A DNA stretch of 40,430 bases, taken from the IMG/VR virus record IMGVR_UViG_3300025297_000002. One strand, 5' to 3'. Source of the DNA: a virus. Below are positions 8,908 to 16,747 of this stretch, in pieces. Each line of letters begins with the position of its first letter. Position 1 is the stretch's first letter. Below the pieces are notes generated by a model that did no database searches, was not told where the DNA came from, and saw only the letters and a program-made list of their open reading frames with translations. A program made the translations under genes and the position numbers.

Positions 8908-10080
8908 TCACATGCCGGCCTCATCGGCGGCGGCCTCAATCGTGGCACGTAGGCCCTTCGGCTTGCCGTCTCCCGCTGGCCGCGACACTGGCGAGGTCAC
9001 GCCCCGCACGTTGCCGCGCACTGCCAGCTTGGCCCGTTCATTCGATCTCTGCTGTTCGGCGGTCTGGCGATCAGCCGCGATGAGCTTCGAACGAATATCC
9101 GGGGTCGCCCAAACGGCCATGTCGTAGGCTTCCTGCAAATCCCGCTGGGGATTGGCGCGGTAAAGCTCGATCATGGTCGGCAGCACGGCGTCGAAATGCG
9201 GATGCTTGGGGTTGCCCTGTGCATCCTTCTCGTCCGCGAAGCTGTCGATTGACCATCGGGTGACCTTAAGCACTTCCTGCTGTTGGCGCTCGGCAACGGA
9301 ATTTGCCATCCGCTGCATTTCGCCCCGCAGGGCCTGCATTTGCGATTGAGTTTGGCCGATGTGGTCGGCGAAATAACGGATGGCAGGGTCTTTGAGGTCA
9401 TCTTCGGAAAGCTGACCCTGGAGGCCTTGCCGGCTCGCGCCGCCGGCCGCTGGGTCCAGGCCCATACGCTGCGCCAATTCCATCAGCAGTTGCTGGCGTA
9501 CCTGGGGGTTAGGGTCCATGGCCCGCCGGTGGAAACCCGCCCACTGTCCGATTGCTTCGAACGGCGATATGCGGGCCTGCTGCAATGACCCACTGATGAG
9601 CGGGTCACCGAAAATCGGCGCAAGCGACTGAGTAAACTGGACTGCTGTCGCTGCGGCTTGCGTCTTCGCCTGATAGTCCCGCTCCATTTCGCTGTGCCGG
9701 CGCAACAGGAATTGCTGTCCTGCCGGGTCGAGCTTTGCGAAAGTTTGGCGGTCCTGCTCGGGCCAATGTTGCGGCGGCTGATTGCTCCCTGGGGCTGGAT
9801 CGGCCGGCTTCGCGTCATCGGACGCTTTAGGATCGGTTTGCGGGGCTGGATCGTTAGATTGCTCACCCGGCTTCGGCTGCTGATCTGCGGCAGTGAAGCG
9901 GCCCCTATTATCTCTCGCTCGCTCGTCTTGTCCAGGGGTTGCTGGCTTATCGTCGCCGGCCTCTGCGTCGGCGCTGTCGATGGCGTCGTCATAGGCGGCT
10001 TCTGCGATCTCGCGCAGCGACTGGCGGGGAGTTTCAGGCTCCTGGGATGCCGCCCCATTTGAAGTCGTCGGATCGGGCAT
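8908..10080 (-). CDS. Scaffolding protein (390 aa; acidic low-complexity N-terminus, helical Q/R-rich body)
   Basis: ATG at 10080 with an AGGAAA RBS. Lies between portal and capsid. Composition is typical of scaffolds. Confidence 0.6.
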   Translation of the reverse strand: MPDPTTSNGAASQEPETPRQSLREIAEAAYDDAIDSADAEAGDDKPATPGQDERARDNRGRFTAADQQPKPGEQSNDPAPQTDPKASDDAKPADPAPGSNQPPQHWPEQDRQTFAKLDPAGQQFLLRRHSEMERDYQAKTQAAATAVQFTQSLAPIFGDPLISGSLQQARISPFEAIGQWAGFHRRAMDPNPQVRQQLLMELAQRMGLDPAAGGASRQGLQGQLSEDDLKDPAIRYFADHIGQTQSQMQALRGEMQRMANSVAERQQQEVLKVTRWSIDSFADEKDAQGNPKHPHFDAVLPTMIELYRANPQRDLQEAYDMAVWATPDIRSKLIAADRQTAEQQRSNERAKLAVRGNVRGVTSPVSRPAGDGKPKGLRATIEAAADEAGM

Positions 10081-10336
10081 TTTTCGTTTCCTTTGATTTC
10101 GAGGCGCGGCCCCTCGTCGGTGCGGGCAAGTCGCGCGGGTCGACCGCACCGGCGGCGGCCATGTCCCTGTCGCGTTCGCGCCAGGATGAAATTTCTTTGC
10201 CGGTCACCGGGCTTTCGAATGGTTCCATCCGAGAAAGCATCGGTGCGGGAAAGGTCGAGCGGGTCCGGTTATGAGCCGCCCGCTCGACCTCCTCTTTCGG
10301 GTGGAGGGCACCGTCCCGAAAAACGTAAACCGCCAT
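10034..10336 (-). CDS. Hypothetical small protein (100 aa)
   Basis: Track ORF with a TGATG junction to the upstream gene. Overlaps the scaffold start by 47 nt. Confidence 0.5.
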   Translation of the reverse strand: MAVYVFRDGALHPKEEVERAAHNRTRSTFPAPMLSRMEPFESPVTGKEISSWRERDRDMAAAGAVDPRDLPAPTRGRASKSKETKNARSDDFKWGGIPGA

Positions 10337-10524
10337 CAGCTCGCGCCGCGCTTCTCACGCGGCAGGCTGAATTGGCCGACATAGCCGCGCTTGTTGACCT
10401 TCTGCGGTTTCTTGACCTTGGTTCCGGGCTTGGTCGAGCCCTTCACGAATTGCGCGTTGTCGTTCTTCATGGCCGCGCTCGGGTCTGAGCCGGGAACATC
10501 CATGAACGGGATCGCCTTCGCCAT
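10336..10524 (-). CDS. Hypothetical small basic protein (62 aa)
   Basis: Track ORF with a TAATG junction. Confidence 0.5.
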   Translation of the reverse strand: MAKAIPFMDVPGSDPSAAMKNDNAQFVKGSTKPGTKVKKPQKVNKRGYVGQFSLPREKRGAS

Positions 10525-10790
10525 TATTTCGCCTCCAGCGCGGCCTTGCGCGCATACATCAGCGCCGTTTCGAGGTGCGTTGCGGCGATGCTCATGCGGC
10601 GTGAGCCGAACACATGATCCTGATGCTCGCCGGGCATGGTCGAGCCCTCGGCGTCATGCATTGCCGAGCGCAGCGCCTCGCCCGCCTCGGTGATGCGGGC
10701 AAGGTGCGTTTTCTGGTTTTCGGTGAGCGGCTGGCCCGTCTCGTAATTGACGGGCACAGCGCCGAGTACAGGGGCGTCACGCGGTCCCAT
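10524..10790 (-). CDS. Hypothetical small helical protein (88 aa)
   Basis: Internal ATG at 10790 (MGPRDAPVLG...). The C-terminal ...SRRMSIAATHLETALMYARKAALEAK pattern recurs in small phage proteins. Confidence 0.5.
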   Translation of the reverse strand: MGPRDAPVLGAVPVNYETGQPLTENQKTHLARITEAGEALRSAMHDAEGSTMPGEHQDHVFGSRRMSIAATHLETALMYARKAALEAK

Positions 10791-10983
10791 TTTTGGCCGC
10801 CTCGATTTCTTCCGGGGTTGCCTCGCGTTCGGAGATTTCGAACACCGTGGGGCCGCTGCCGTGCGCAATACCGAAAGAGCGCTGGACGTTTGAGCCTGGG
10901 CCAACCGTCACGGCATCTTCGCCATTGCGCTTGACGCTCGACACATAGTTGCCGTTGGTGGCGACAATGACGGTCGTGGTCAT
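10777..10983 (-). CDS. Hypothetical small protein (68 aa)
   Basis: Track ORF with an ATGA junction at 10980-83. Confidence 0.5.
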   Translation of the reverse strand: MTTTVIVATNGNYVSSVKRNGEDAVTVGPGSNVQRSFGIAHGSGPTVFEISEREATPEEIEAAKNGTA

Positions 10984-11177
10984 GGTGCGGCCCGCCGGAA
11001 GCCGTGGGCGGCTTCGAAGTCGTCTTCGGGATCATGCGGCTTGCCCTCGGGATAGGGGTCGCCGGCACCGATTCCAAGATCTTCGATGGTGGTTGCCGGG
11101 GCAGGCTGCACCGCTGGGCTGACAGGGTCGGCGGCGGCGCGCTTGGCGGGCTGGGTTTCGGTTTTCTTGTCGGTCAT
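10980..11177 (-). CDS. Hypothetical small acidic protein (65 aa)
   Basis: Track ORF with an AGGAGC RBS, directly after the portal stop. Confidence 0.5.
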   Translation of the reverse strand: MTDKKTETQPAKRAAADPVSPAVQPAPATTIEDLGIGAGDPYPEGKPHDPEDDFEAAHGFRRAAP

Positions 11178-11190
11178 TGGTCGTTTGCTC

Positions 11191-13581
11191 CTACATCATC
11201 GGGGGAGGCCGCAGGGGCGGCACAGGAAGGCCGCCAGCACCATTCGGGGCCGGTGGCGGGCCAGGAGGCCGAGCGCCTGCTGGCGGGCCTCCTGGGGGCT
11301 GTGGGCCACTGGCCGGGCTGGGTGCTCCTGCCGGCGGGGGCGCGCCGGGTGGCCCGACCGGCGGCGGTGGCAGGGGAGGCATTGCAGCTTGCATGGCGGC
11401 GGCTGCGCTGATCTGTTCTTGAAAGTCGTTGATCAGCTCGACAACGCCCCTGGAATAGCGCACCGGGTGGAGCGCCATTTTCAACATTTCCAGCCCGAGT
11501 TGGATCACTTGGTTAGGTGGCAGCATTTGCGTCATGAGCATGCCCTGGACGCCCTGCATGACGAGCTGCACCGATTGCATCACCATCGCCATGCCCTGCT
11601 GCTCGGCTTGCTCGTCGGGGGTGACGGTGCTGTCGGCCTCGATGTCGATTGCGCAAGTGCGTTGGAAGTCCGACCGAAGGATTGCCAACACCTCGGGCGT
11701 GACATCCTCGCCAGTCATTGCCGACAGCGTTTCGGCGTCGAAATTGGTGGCGATGATCTCGCCCTTGAGGCGCAAGAGGTCGCGAACGAAATTCCCGGCC
11801 TGCTGCTTTGCGTCCTCCAGGCGCGACACGCCCATTGAGCCCTTGATGCGCTGGGCGGTGGCCGTCTCTGAGGCCTTGGTCGCGCCGCGCATGATGTCGG
11901 AAATGCCCATGACCTCGTAAATCGCCTGCTTGGTCTGCTCACGGGCGAGGTAGAGCTTGTCGAGCGCGGTCATGAAGTCGACGACGGGCATCATCCAAAT
12001 GTGCGCCGACAGCCCGCCGGTGATCATGTCGACGCCCTCGACCGGGATCATCTTCTGATCGTCGGCGGTCAGGATGTCTTGGATTTCGCGCGACGCGGAG
12101 TTGTAAGCGCCGCGCACCTTGATCTGTTTTGTGAGGTTCGAAATGCGCAAGCTGACCTCGTCGAGGTCGGCGGCGAGGCGCGCATAAAGATCGTAATACG
12201 GGCGCGGAATGCGGGTGTCGGTCGTGGTGACGGCCAGCATGGGAACCGGGATCGGGAAAAAGCCCTCCAGGCCCAGGCTGTCAGGGTCGACGCGAAACAC
12301 GATGCCGGAAGCGTCGCGGCATAGCCAAATCACCCGGCGTTGCTGGCGGTCCCAAATCTCCCAAAGCATCGCCTTCTTGATTTTGCCGCCCAGCTTGTTG
12401 GCCGACAGCATCGACTGGCCGCCGCCTGGGGGCGATTTGGCAGCGCTCTCGTCGGTCCATTTGAAGAGATCGGCCAACTTGCCTTCGGCGGCCATGCGGT
12501 CGTATTCGGGCGAGCCGGCAAACTCGGTTTCGAGGTCTTGCTGGGTGAACAGATGCCGGAAGGCAATCCAGTTCATATCGGAGGCGGCGCGCACCGGGTC
12601 GCAAAGAAAATCCTCCCAGTAAACATATTCGTCGTCGACCTCCTCCCAAACCTTGATTTCCTGGGTTTGGGCGTCGCCGGTTTCCATGTTCGGCAGCGGC
12701 GTCACGCCGTCGCCGGCAAGCACCGGCACGGTCTTCATTTGCGGCTTCCAACGGACGCGCACGACGCCGCGCCCAGGCAGCAGCAAATCCTTGATCGCCA
12801 TCTTGACGGCCTCGTGCGAGTGCTCATCGTCGACCACGATTTCGAGCGCCTTTTCCATCACCGAGGCGGCGGTTTCGATGTCGCCCTGTTTCGGCCGCCC
12901 TGGGGCTGGCCTGGGGCCGGGCGGCGGCGGTGGCGGCATGGCGGTGCTGGACAAGAGCCCGGCGAGGCCCTGGGGCGGGCCAGGAGGCGGCACCACGATA
13001 GGCGCGCCATCCGGCGGGGGAATAGGGCCGCCCATAGCATCCGGCGCGCCCTCGGGCGCTCCCAAGGCCGGGGCTACGGGCGGCGGGCCGGGCGGCGCTG
13101 CAACGGGAGGCGCGGCCGGCGGTGCGCCAGCGACGGGGGAAAGCGGCCCCGGTGGCGGCATAGGAGGCCCGCCCAGGGGAGGAGCGCCGGGCGGGCCGGG
13201 CGGCATCATCGGGGGCATGGCCGGCGGTGGTGCCACTTTCACGAAACGTGAACGCACTACAGGCTGCGGCGGCTTCTGATAGATCGCCGGCAGCATAACC
13301 TCGGTGTTGGCGTAAAGGATGTTGAAGGTGATCGGCCCAGGCGCGAAGCGGGCCGCTTTCTGGTTCCGGGTTTCGTTCCGGTAAATCTGCACGATGTCGC
13401 GCGACCGCTTGCGCCAATCCTGCTCGGCCCGCTCGGCGTCGTCGAGGCAGTCGAGCCAATAGCTCTTGTCGACGCCGTCAACCGACATCGGGTCGGGCTC
13501 GTTTCCGGCCGGCTGCTGATCGGGCTTGCCGGTGTTGTTCGACGGCACCGAGGGCGGATTGAGATTGTAATCCTGGGCCAT
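11191..13581 (-). CDS. Portal protein (796 aa) with a ~114-aa proline-rich insertion and a ~63-aa proline-rich C-terminal tail
   Basis: Directly follows terL (TGATG junction). N-terminus ...FNILYANTEVMLPAIY... and body ...VRVRWKP...WEDFL... resemble podovirus portals. Size and position fit. Confidence 0.8.
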   Translation of the reverse strand: MAQDYNLNPPSVPSNNTGKPDQQPAGNEPDPMSVDGVDKSYWLDCLDDAERAEQDWRKRSRDIVQIYRNETRNQKAARFAPGPITFNILYANTEVMLPAIYQKPPQPVVRSRFVKVAPPPAMPPMMPPGPPGAPPLGGPPMPPPGPLSPVAGAPPAAPPVAAPPGPPPVAPALGAPEGAPDAMGGPIPPPDGAPIVVPPPGPPQGLAGLLSSTAMPPPPPPGPRPAPGRPKQGDIETAASVMEKALEIVVDDEHSHEAVKMAIKDLLLPGRGVVRVRWKPQMKTVPVLAGDGVTPLPNMETGDAQTQEIKVWEEVDDEYVYWEDFLCDPVRAASDMNWIAFRHLFTQQDLETEFAGSPEYDRMAAEGKLADLFKWTDESAAKSPPGGGQSMLSANKLGGKIKKAMLWEIWDRQQRRVIWLCRDASGIVFRVDPDSLGLEGFFPIPVPMLAVTTTDTRIPRPYYDLYARLAADLDEVSLRISNLTKQIKVRGAYNSASREIQDILTADDQKMIPVEGVDMITGGLSAHIWMMPVVDFMTALDKLYLAREQTKQAIYEVMGISDIMRGATKASETATAQRIKGSMGVSRLEDAKQQAGNFVRDLLRLKGEIIATNFDAETLSAMTGEDVTPEVLAILRSDFQRTCAIDIEADSTVTPDEQAEQQGMAMVMQSVQLVMQGVQGMLMTQMLPPNQVIQLGLEMLKMALHPVRYSRGVVELINDFQEQISAAAAMQAAMPPLPPPPVGPPGAPPPAGAPSPASGPQPPGGPPAGARPPGPPPAPNGAGGLPVPPLRPPPMM
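12892..13233 (-). repeat. Low-complexity proline-rich coding insert within the portal (residues ~117-230)
   Basis: APPPAMPPMMPPGPPGAPPLGGPPMPPPGP...PPPPPPGPRPAPGRP. The antisense frames give spurious Gly-rich ORFs in the track. Confidence 0.85.
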
Positions 13582-15068
13582 CAGTTCAACTCGTGCAGCT
13601 TGAAGGCGTTCGCGATGAGGTACGGATTGCGTTCCTCTCGGGTCGCGGCGATGGCGCGGTAGGGCCTCGACAGGCAGGCGTAGCGGGCATCGTCAACGGC
13701 GTGATCTTCGGCGTCGGTGTCGAGGTCTTCGGGCCGGTGCGCGTCGTGCTGCATCATCGGCAGGGTGCGGATGAGATCGCGGCAATCCTCGGTGAAGAAA
13801 ATCATCGGCTCGCCGTCCGCGTTGCCGACGAGGCGGGCGCGCAACTGATCCCAGCCGCCCATGCGCTTATCGCGGCTCGTGCGTTGATTGTCAGCGCGCC
13901 GGAAGATCGCCCCAGCTCGGCCCAAAACCTCGCCAATCGACGGGCCAGAGATCACCGCGAAGGCGGCCGGGTCGAGCACGCCGTAAGCGATGCGTTCGCG
14001 CTGGCCGTCGATGGTTTCACGGGAAACGATGCCAGCGCCCACGACCTCGGCCGGCAGCTTCAAGCCGACGTTCGGCTTGCCGCGTTCCATGCCGTACCAC
14101 TCGCGATATCGGACAATCGCGCCGCGCGGCAGCAGGCGGCCGGCGTGCTCGGTGTCGTCCTGCACGACGGTCCACCACCCGACCGAAAACGGCTTGGCAG
14201 AGCCCCAGTCCATCGACCGGAAGCGGGTCCACCAATTCGGGATTTGCAGGCGCGGGATGATGTGTCGGGCGGTCGAAAACTCGCCGAAGAAAGCGCCCTC
14301 GATGACGTTCCAATCGCCCTCCAGCCACGCCCGCACCAATTCGGACGAGCCCGAGGCTTTCAGCTTGTTGACGTAGCCAGGATCGTTTTCCAGTAGCTTC
14401 GGATTGTCGGCGAGGCGCGACGGAATGAAGATGCGAACGAGGCCGTTTTCAGGGTCTTTGAACGGGGCATAGGGGCCGATATCGATGGCCCAGGCCTTCA
14501 CCCAGTTATGGCCGGGGCCGCCTGGGTTGCACGTCGCGCGAAACTGGCACGGAATGCCGAGGGTCGAGCGAAGCGTTGCCAGGAGCTTCATGATCGGCCC
14601 AGGCATCGCGTATTGCGTCAGCTCCTCGACGTAGACGCGGGTCAAGCTCCAGCCCTGGTAATTCTGCGCGTCCTGGTCGCTTTCGAGGTAGGCGCACGTA
14701 AGCCGGCCGCCGTTCGCCATCTGGAAATAGCCGCCCTTTTCCTTCCATTGGGCGGCAGCGCCAAACATCTGCATGGCGGTTTGAATGGTGTCGCGGAGGT
14801 CTTCGCGGGTCTTGCGCACCATGAGGCCACGAGCGCCCGAGCCGTAGGTTTCCGAGTGTATCCACCATTCGCCGAGCGAACCGTGGGTCTTGCCGCCACC
14901 GCGAGCGCCGCCGAAAATCACGATGTCGGCCGGGCAGTCGACGAAGGCCTGTTGCGGCCCGGCCTGGGGCACAAAGCCGATCTCGACCATCCGCTGTTGC
15001 CGCACATGGAAGGTATCCGGCTTAGGCGGCGGCAACGGTTTGACGGTCGGCTGCGCGGCGTCCTTCAT
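13581..15068 (-). CDS. terL: Terminase large subunit (495 aa)
   Basis: ATGA overlap with the terS stop at 15065-68. Walker A-like GGARGGGKTHG. Nuclease-half motifs ...SMDWG...VLDPA. Confidence 0.9.
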   Translation of the reverse strand: MKDAAQPTVKPLPPPKPDTFHVRQQRMVEIGFVPQAGPQQAFVDCPADIVIFGGARGGGKTHGSLGEWWIHSETYGSGARGLMVRKTREDLRDTIQTAMQMFGAAAQWKEKGGYFQMANGGRLTCAYLESDQDAQNYQGWSLTRVYVEELTQYAMPGPIMKLLATLRSTLGIPCQFRATCNPGGPGHNWVKAWAIDIGPYAPFKDPENGLVRIFIPSRLADNPKLLENDPGYVNKLKASGSSELVRAWLEGDWNVIEGAFFGEFSTARHIIPRLQIPNWWTRFRSMDWGSAKPFSVGWWTVVQDDTEHAGRLLPRGAIVRYREWYGMERGKPNVGLKLPAEVVGAGIVSRETIDGQRERIAYGVLDPAAFAVISGPSIGEVLGRAGAIFRRADNQRTSRDKRMGGWDQLRARLVGNADGEPMIFFTEDCRDLIRTLPMMQHDAHRPEDLDTDAEDHAVDDARYACLSRPYRAIAATREERNPYLIANAFKLHELN

Positions 15069-15517
15069 TGCAGCGGCTCGCCAGGAAGACGCGGCACAAA
15101 TTTCTCGCGCCACTCATCCATCGTCATTTGCCGCTGTTCGGTCGGCTCACGCGCCGGCTTGCGCACGGTCGCGTCGACCTCGGCCTTGTCGACGATGAGG
15201 CCCAACAGCTTGGCCTTTGCCAGGACGGCACCAACACCGGCGGCCGGGTGCTTCATGCGCTTGGCGAGCTTGGCGAAATCATCCAGCTCGGCGACGAGCT
15301 GATCGACCGTCACGCCGATGCGGCGGGCTTGGTTGTCCTGCAATTCGGCGATGCGCGCCGCGATCTCGGGCTTGCGCGCCAGGGTGCCAGCATTCGAGCG
15401 AACATCGTTCGGCTTGCCCTTGGCGTAACCGGCGTAAATGTAGGCGTCATGGTTGCTCTTGCCCTTGGCGACGGCCTGGGCAAAGCGCTCGTGGCGTGGG
15501 TGCGGTAGGAGCGGCAT
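15065..15517 (-). CDS. terS: Terminase small subunit (150 aa)
   Basis: N-terminus PRHERFAQAVAKGKSNHDAYIYAGY... is typical of Terminase_2-type small subunits. Immediately upstream of terL. Confidence 0.75.
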   Translation of the reverse strand: MPLLPHPRHERFAQAVAKGKSNHDAYIYAGYAKGKPNDVRSNAGTLARKPEIAARIAELQDNQARRIGVTVDQLVAELDDFAKLAKRMKHPAAGVGAVLAKAKLLGLIVDKAEVDATVRKPAREPTEQRQMTMDEWREKFVPRLPGEPLQ

Positions 15518-15669
15518 CCTGGCCCCTGCTTTTGAAGGCTGATTGCGCCTTCATAGACCAAAACGCCGGGTTTTTAAAATAGCTCCTAAGCCGGATTGCG
15601 TGTCATCCGGCGATTACTTTCCTATTCAAGTATAACTGCCAGCAGGGATGATTGGCGGGGTGCTGTAGC
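15518..15669 (-). promoter_or_regulatory. AT-rich non-coding gap upstream of terS with two hairpins (pac-site / internal late promoter candidate)
   Basis: On the minus strand: GCCGGA-N10-TCCGGC, then an AT-rich stretch ATTTTAAAAA, then TGAAGGC-N7-GCCTTCA just before the terS RBS. Confidence 0.3.
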
Positions 15670-15855
15670 TCAATGCTCGGTGGCTATGGTGCGTTCAAAG
15701 CATGGCAGGCAGATTTTTTTCGTGTCCTGGGGCATGTAGGGCCGGATACGAACGGTCTGCCCGCACTTGTGGCAAACGCCGAAAGCGTCGTCATCGAAAT
15801 AGGCCCTGCCCAGGGTCACCGGCATGCAAACGACAATCGTCTCATCGTCGCTCAT
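15670..15855 (-). CDS. Small Zn-ribbon-like protein (61 aa)
   Basis: ATGA junction at 15852-55. Cys/His pairs in ...GVCHKCG...ICLPCF. Confidence 0.6.
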   Translation of the reverse strand: MSDDETIVVCMPVTLGRAYFDDDAFGVCHKCGQTVRIRPYMPQDTKKICLPCFERTIATEH

Positions 15856-16073
15856 AGCCAAGTTTCAACAATCTTGGGGTCGTCGGTCGGGTGCCGGTCG
15901 AGCTTCACAAGCCCTTGCTGGGCGAAATGTTCGCGCAGCGCGTCGAGCGAAACGCTCGCCAGGACATGCGCGGTCGGCTTGTCGTTGATGAACAGCCGCG
16001 CGGCGTAGGTGTCGGGGAAATCGGCCGGGTGATCGTAAATCGTCCAGATAGGCAGGCCCTGGGGCTCGGTCAT
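15852..16073 (-). CDS. Hypothetical protein (73 aa; PIWTIYDHPADFP-type)
   Basis: Track ORF with an ATGA junction. Confidence 0.6.
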   Translation of the reverse strand: MTEPQGLPIWTIYDHPADFPDTYAARLFINDKPTAHVLASVSLDALREHFAQQGLVKLDRHPTDDPKIVETWL

Positions 16074-16330
16074 TGGAGCTTCCGTTTGCAGGCCACCTTG
16101 AGCGACCGGGGATCATCGGGGCGGCCGGCGGTGGTCACCACCGAGCGCAAGCCACAATCCAGGCACTCGACAACGAAGTGCCCGCACCGCTTGGCAGGAT
16201 AGGGCAACGGCGTCGAGCATGCCGGTTCAACGCCGGCCGAGGCGTCAATGTCGACGCCCTCGGGGAACGCCGGATTAGGCCGATTTTGCGGCCAGCGGTT
16301 GCCGTCGACCCATTCGATTTTTGCCCTCAT
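16070..16330 (-). CDS. Hypothetical Cys-containing protein (86 aa)
   Basis: ATG at 16330 forms an ATGA junction with the upstream stop. The track start at 16342 is TTG. Confidence 0.55.
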   Translation of the reverse strand: MRAKIEWVDGNRWPQNRPNPAFPEGVDIDASAGVEPACSTPLPYPAKRCGHFVVECLDCGLRSVVTTAGRPDDPRSLKVACKRKLQ

Positions 16331-16506
16331 AGGCCCCACCAATTTTTCGCCACCACGACGCCGAAGACGATGCCGGCGAGATAGACCACGGCAGCGCAGA
16401 GGTACAATTCGCGCTCGATATAGGTCACGCGCTTATGCAGGCGCTCGACGCGGCGCATCCGGTTCTCAAGCTCGGCCTGGGCCAGCGCCAGCTCGGCCTC
16501 GGTCAT
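16327..16506 (-). CDS. Small membrane protein (59 aa): N-terminal coiled coil, C-terminal TM helix
   Basis: ATG at 16506 (MTEAELALAQ...) forms an ATGA junction. C-terminus LCAAVVYLAGIVFGVVVAKNWW. Confidence 0.55.
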   Translation of the reverse strand: MTEAELALAQAELENRMRRVERLHKRVTYIERELYLCAAVVYLAGIVFGVVVAKNWWGL

Positions 16507-16610
16507 TTCCGGCGCTCCAGGCGCTCGACGCGGCGGGTGAGCTTGTAGAGCCAAACGGCATTGGCGAGGCCGCTCACGGCGAGCAAGAGCAGCAACAGCG
16601 TTGTTATCAT
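16503..16610 (-). CDS. Micro-ORF (35 aa): N-terminal TM helix plus a basic tail (MITTLLLLLLAVSGLANAVWLYKLTRRVERLERRK)
   Basis: My own translation; below the 60-aa track cutoff. ATGA junctions at both ends. Confidence 0.5.
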   Translation of the reverse strand: MITTLLLLLLAVSGLANAVWLYKLTRRVERLERRK

Positions 16611-16687
16611 CGCCGGATCACCGGGGCCGCCGTTTGAGCGAGTTTGCCGGCCTTCACGAGCACCGGCTTGATGTAGGGTTTTTTCAT
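16607..16687 (-). CDS. Micro-ORF (26 aa): MKKPYIKPVLVKAGKLAQTAAPVIRR
   Basis: My own translation. GGAGG lies 8 nt upstream of the ATG. ATGA junction to the next micro-ORF. First ORF after the terminator. Confidence 0.45.
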   Translation of the reverse strand: MKKPYIKPVLVKAGKLAQTAAPVIRR

Positions 16688-16700
16688 GGGTCGAGCCTCC

Positions 16701-16740
16701 AAAAAAGGGGCGCGGCTCAATCGGCAGAAAGACCGCGCCC
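16701..16740 (-). terminator. Intrinsic terminator preceding the late operon
   Basis: Minus strand: GGGCGCGG-(17 nt loop)-CCGCGCCC followed by CTTTTTT. Confidence 0.6.
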
Positions 16741-16747
16741 AGGTGTC

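Noticed and set aside
11177-11422. Gly-rich plus-strand ORFs (also 12653..13279 and 12340..13251) opposite the portal.
   Set aside because: They are mirror images of the portal's proline-rich codons (CCN antisense gives GGN), not independent genes.
15626-15642. Sigma-54-like TGGCAG...TTGA element on the minus strand upstream of terS.
   Set aside because: The GG-to-GC spacing is one nucleotide off, and the -12 element is TTGA rather than TTGC. No enhancer-binding protein gene is present.
16607-16687. Calling the 26-aa peptide a bona fide lasso or RiPP precursor.
   Set aside because: No cyclase, protease, RRE or radical-SAM gene exists anywhere in the genome. The putative core (AAPVIRR) lacks an acidic residue for ring closure. 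The G-to-T spacing is one residue short of the consensus. It is kept only as a resemblance worth testing.
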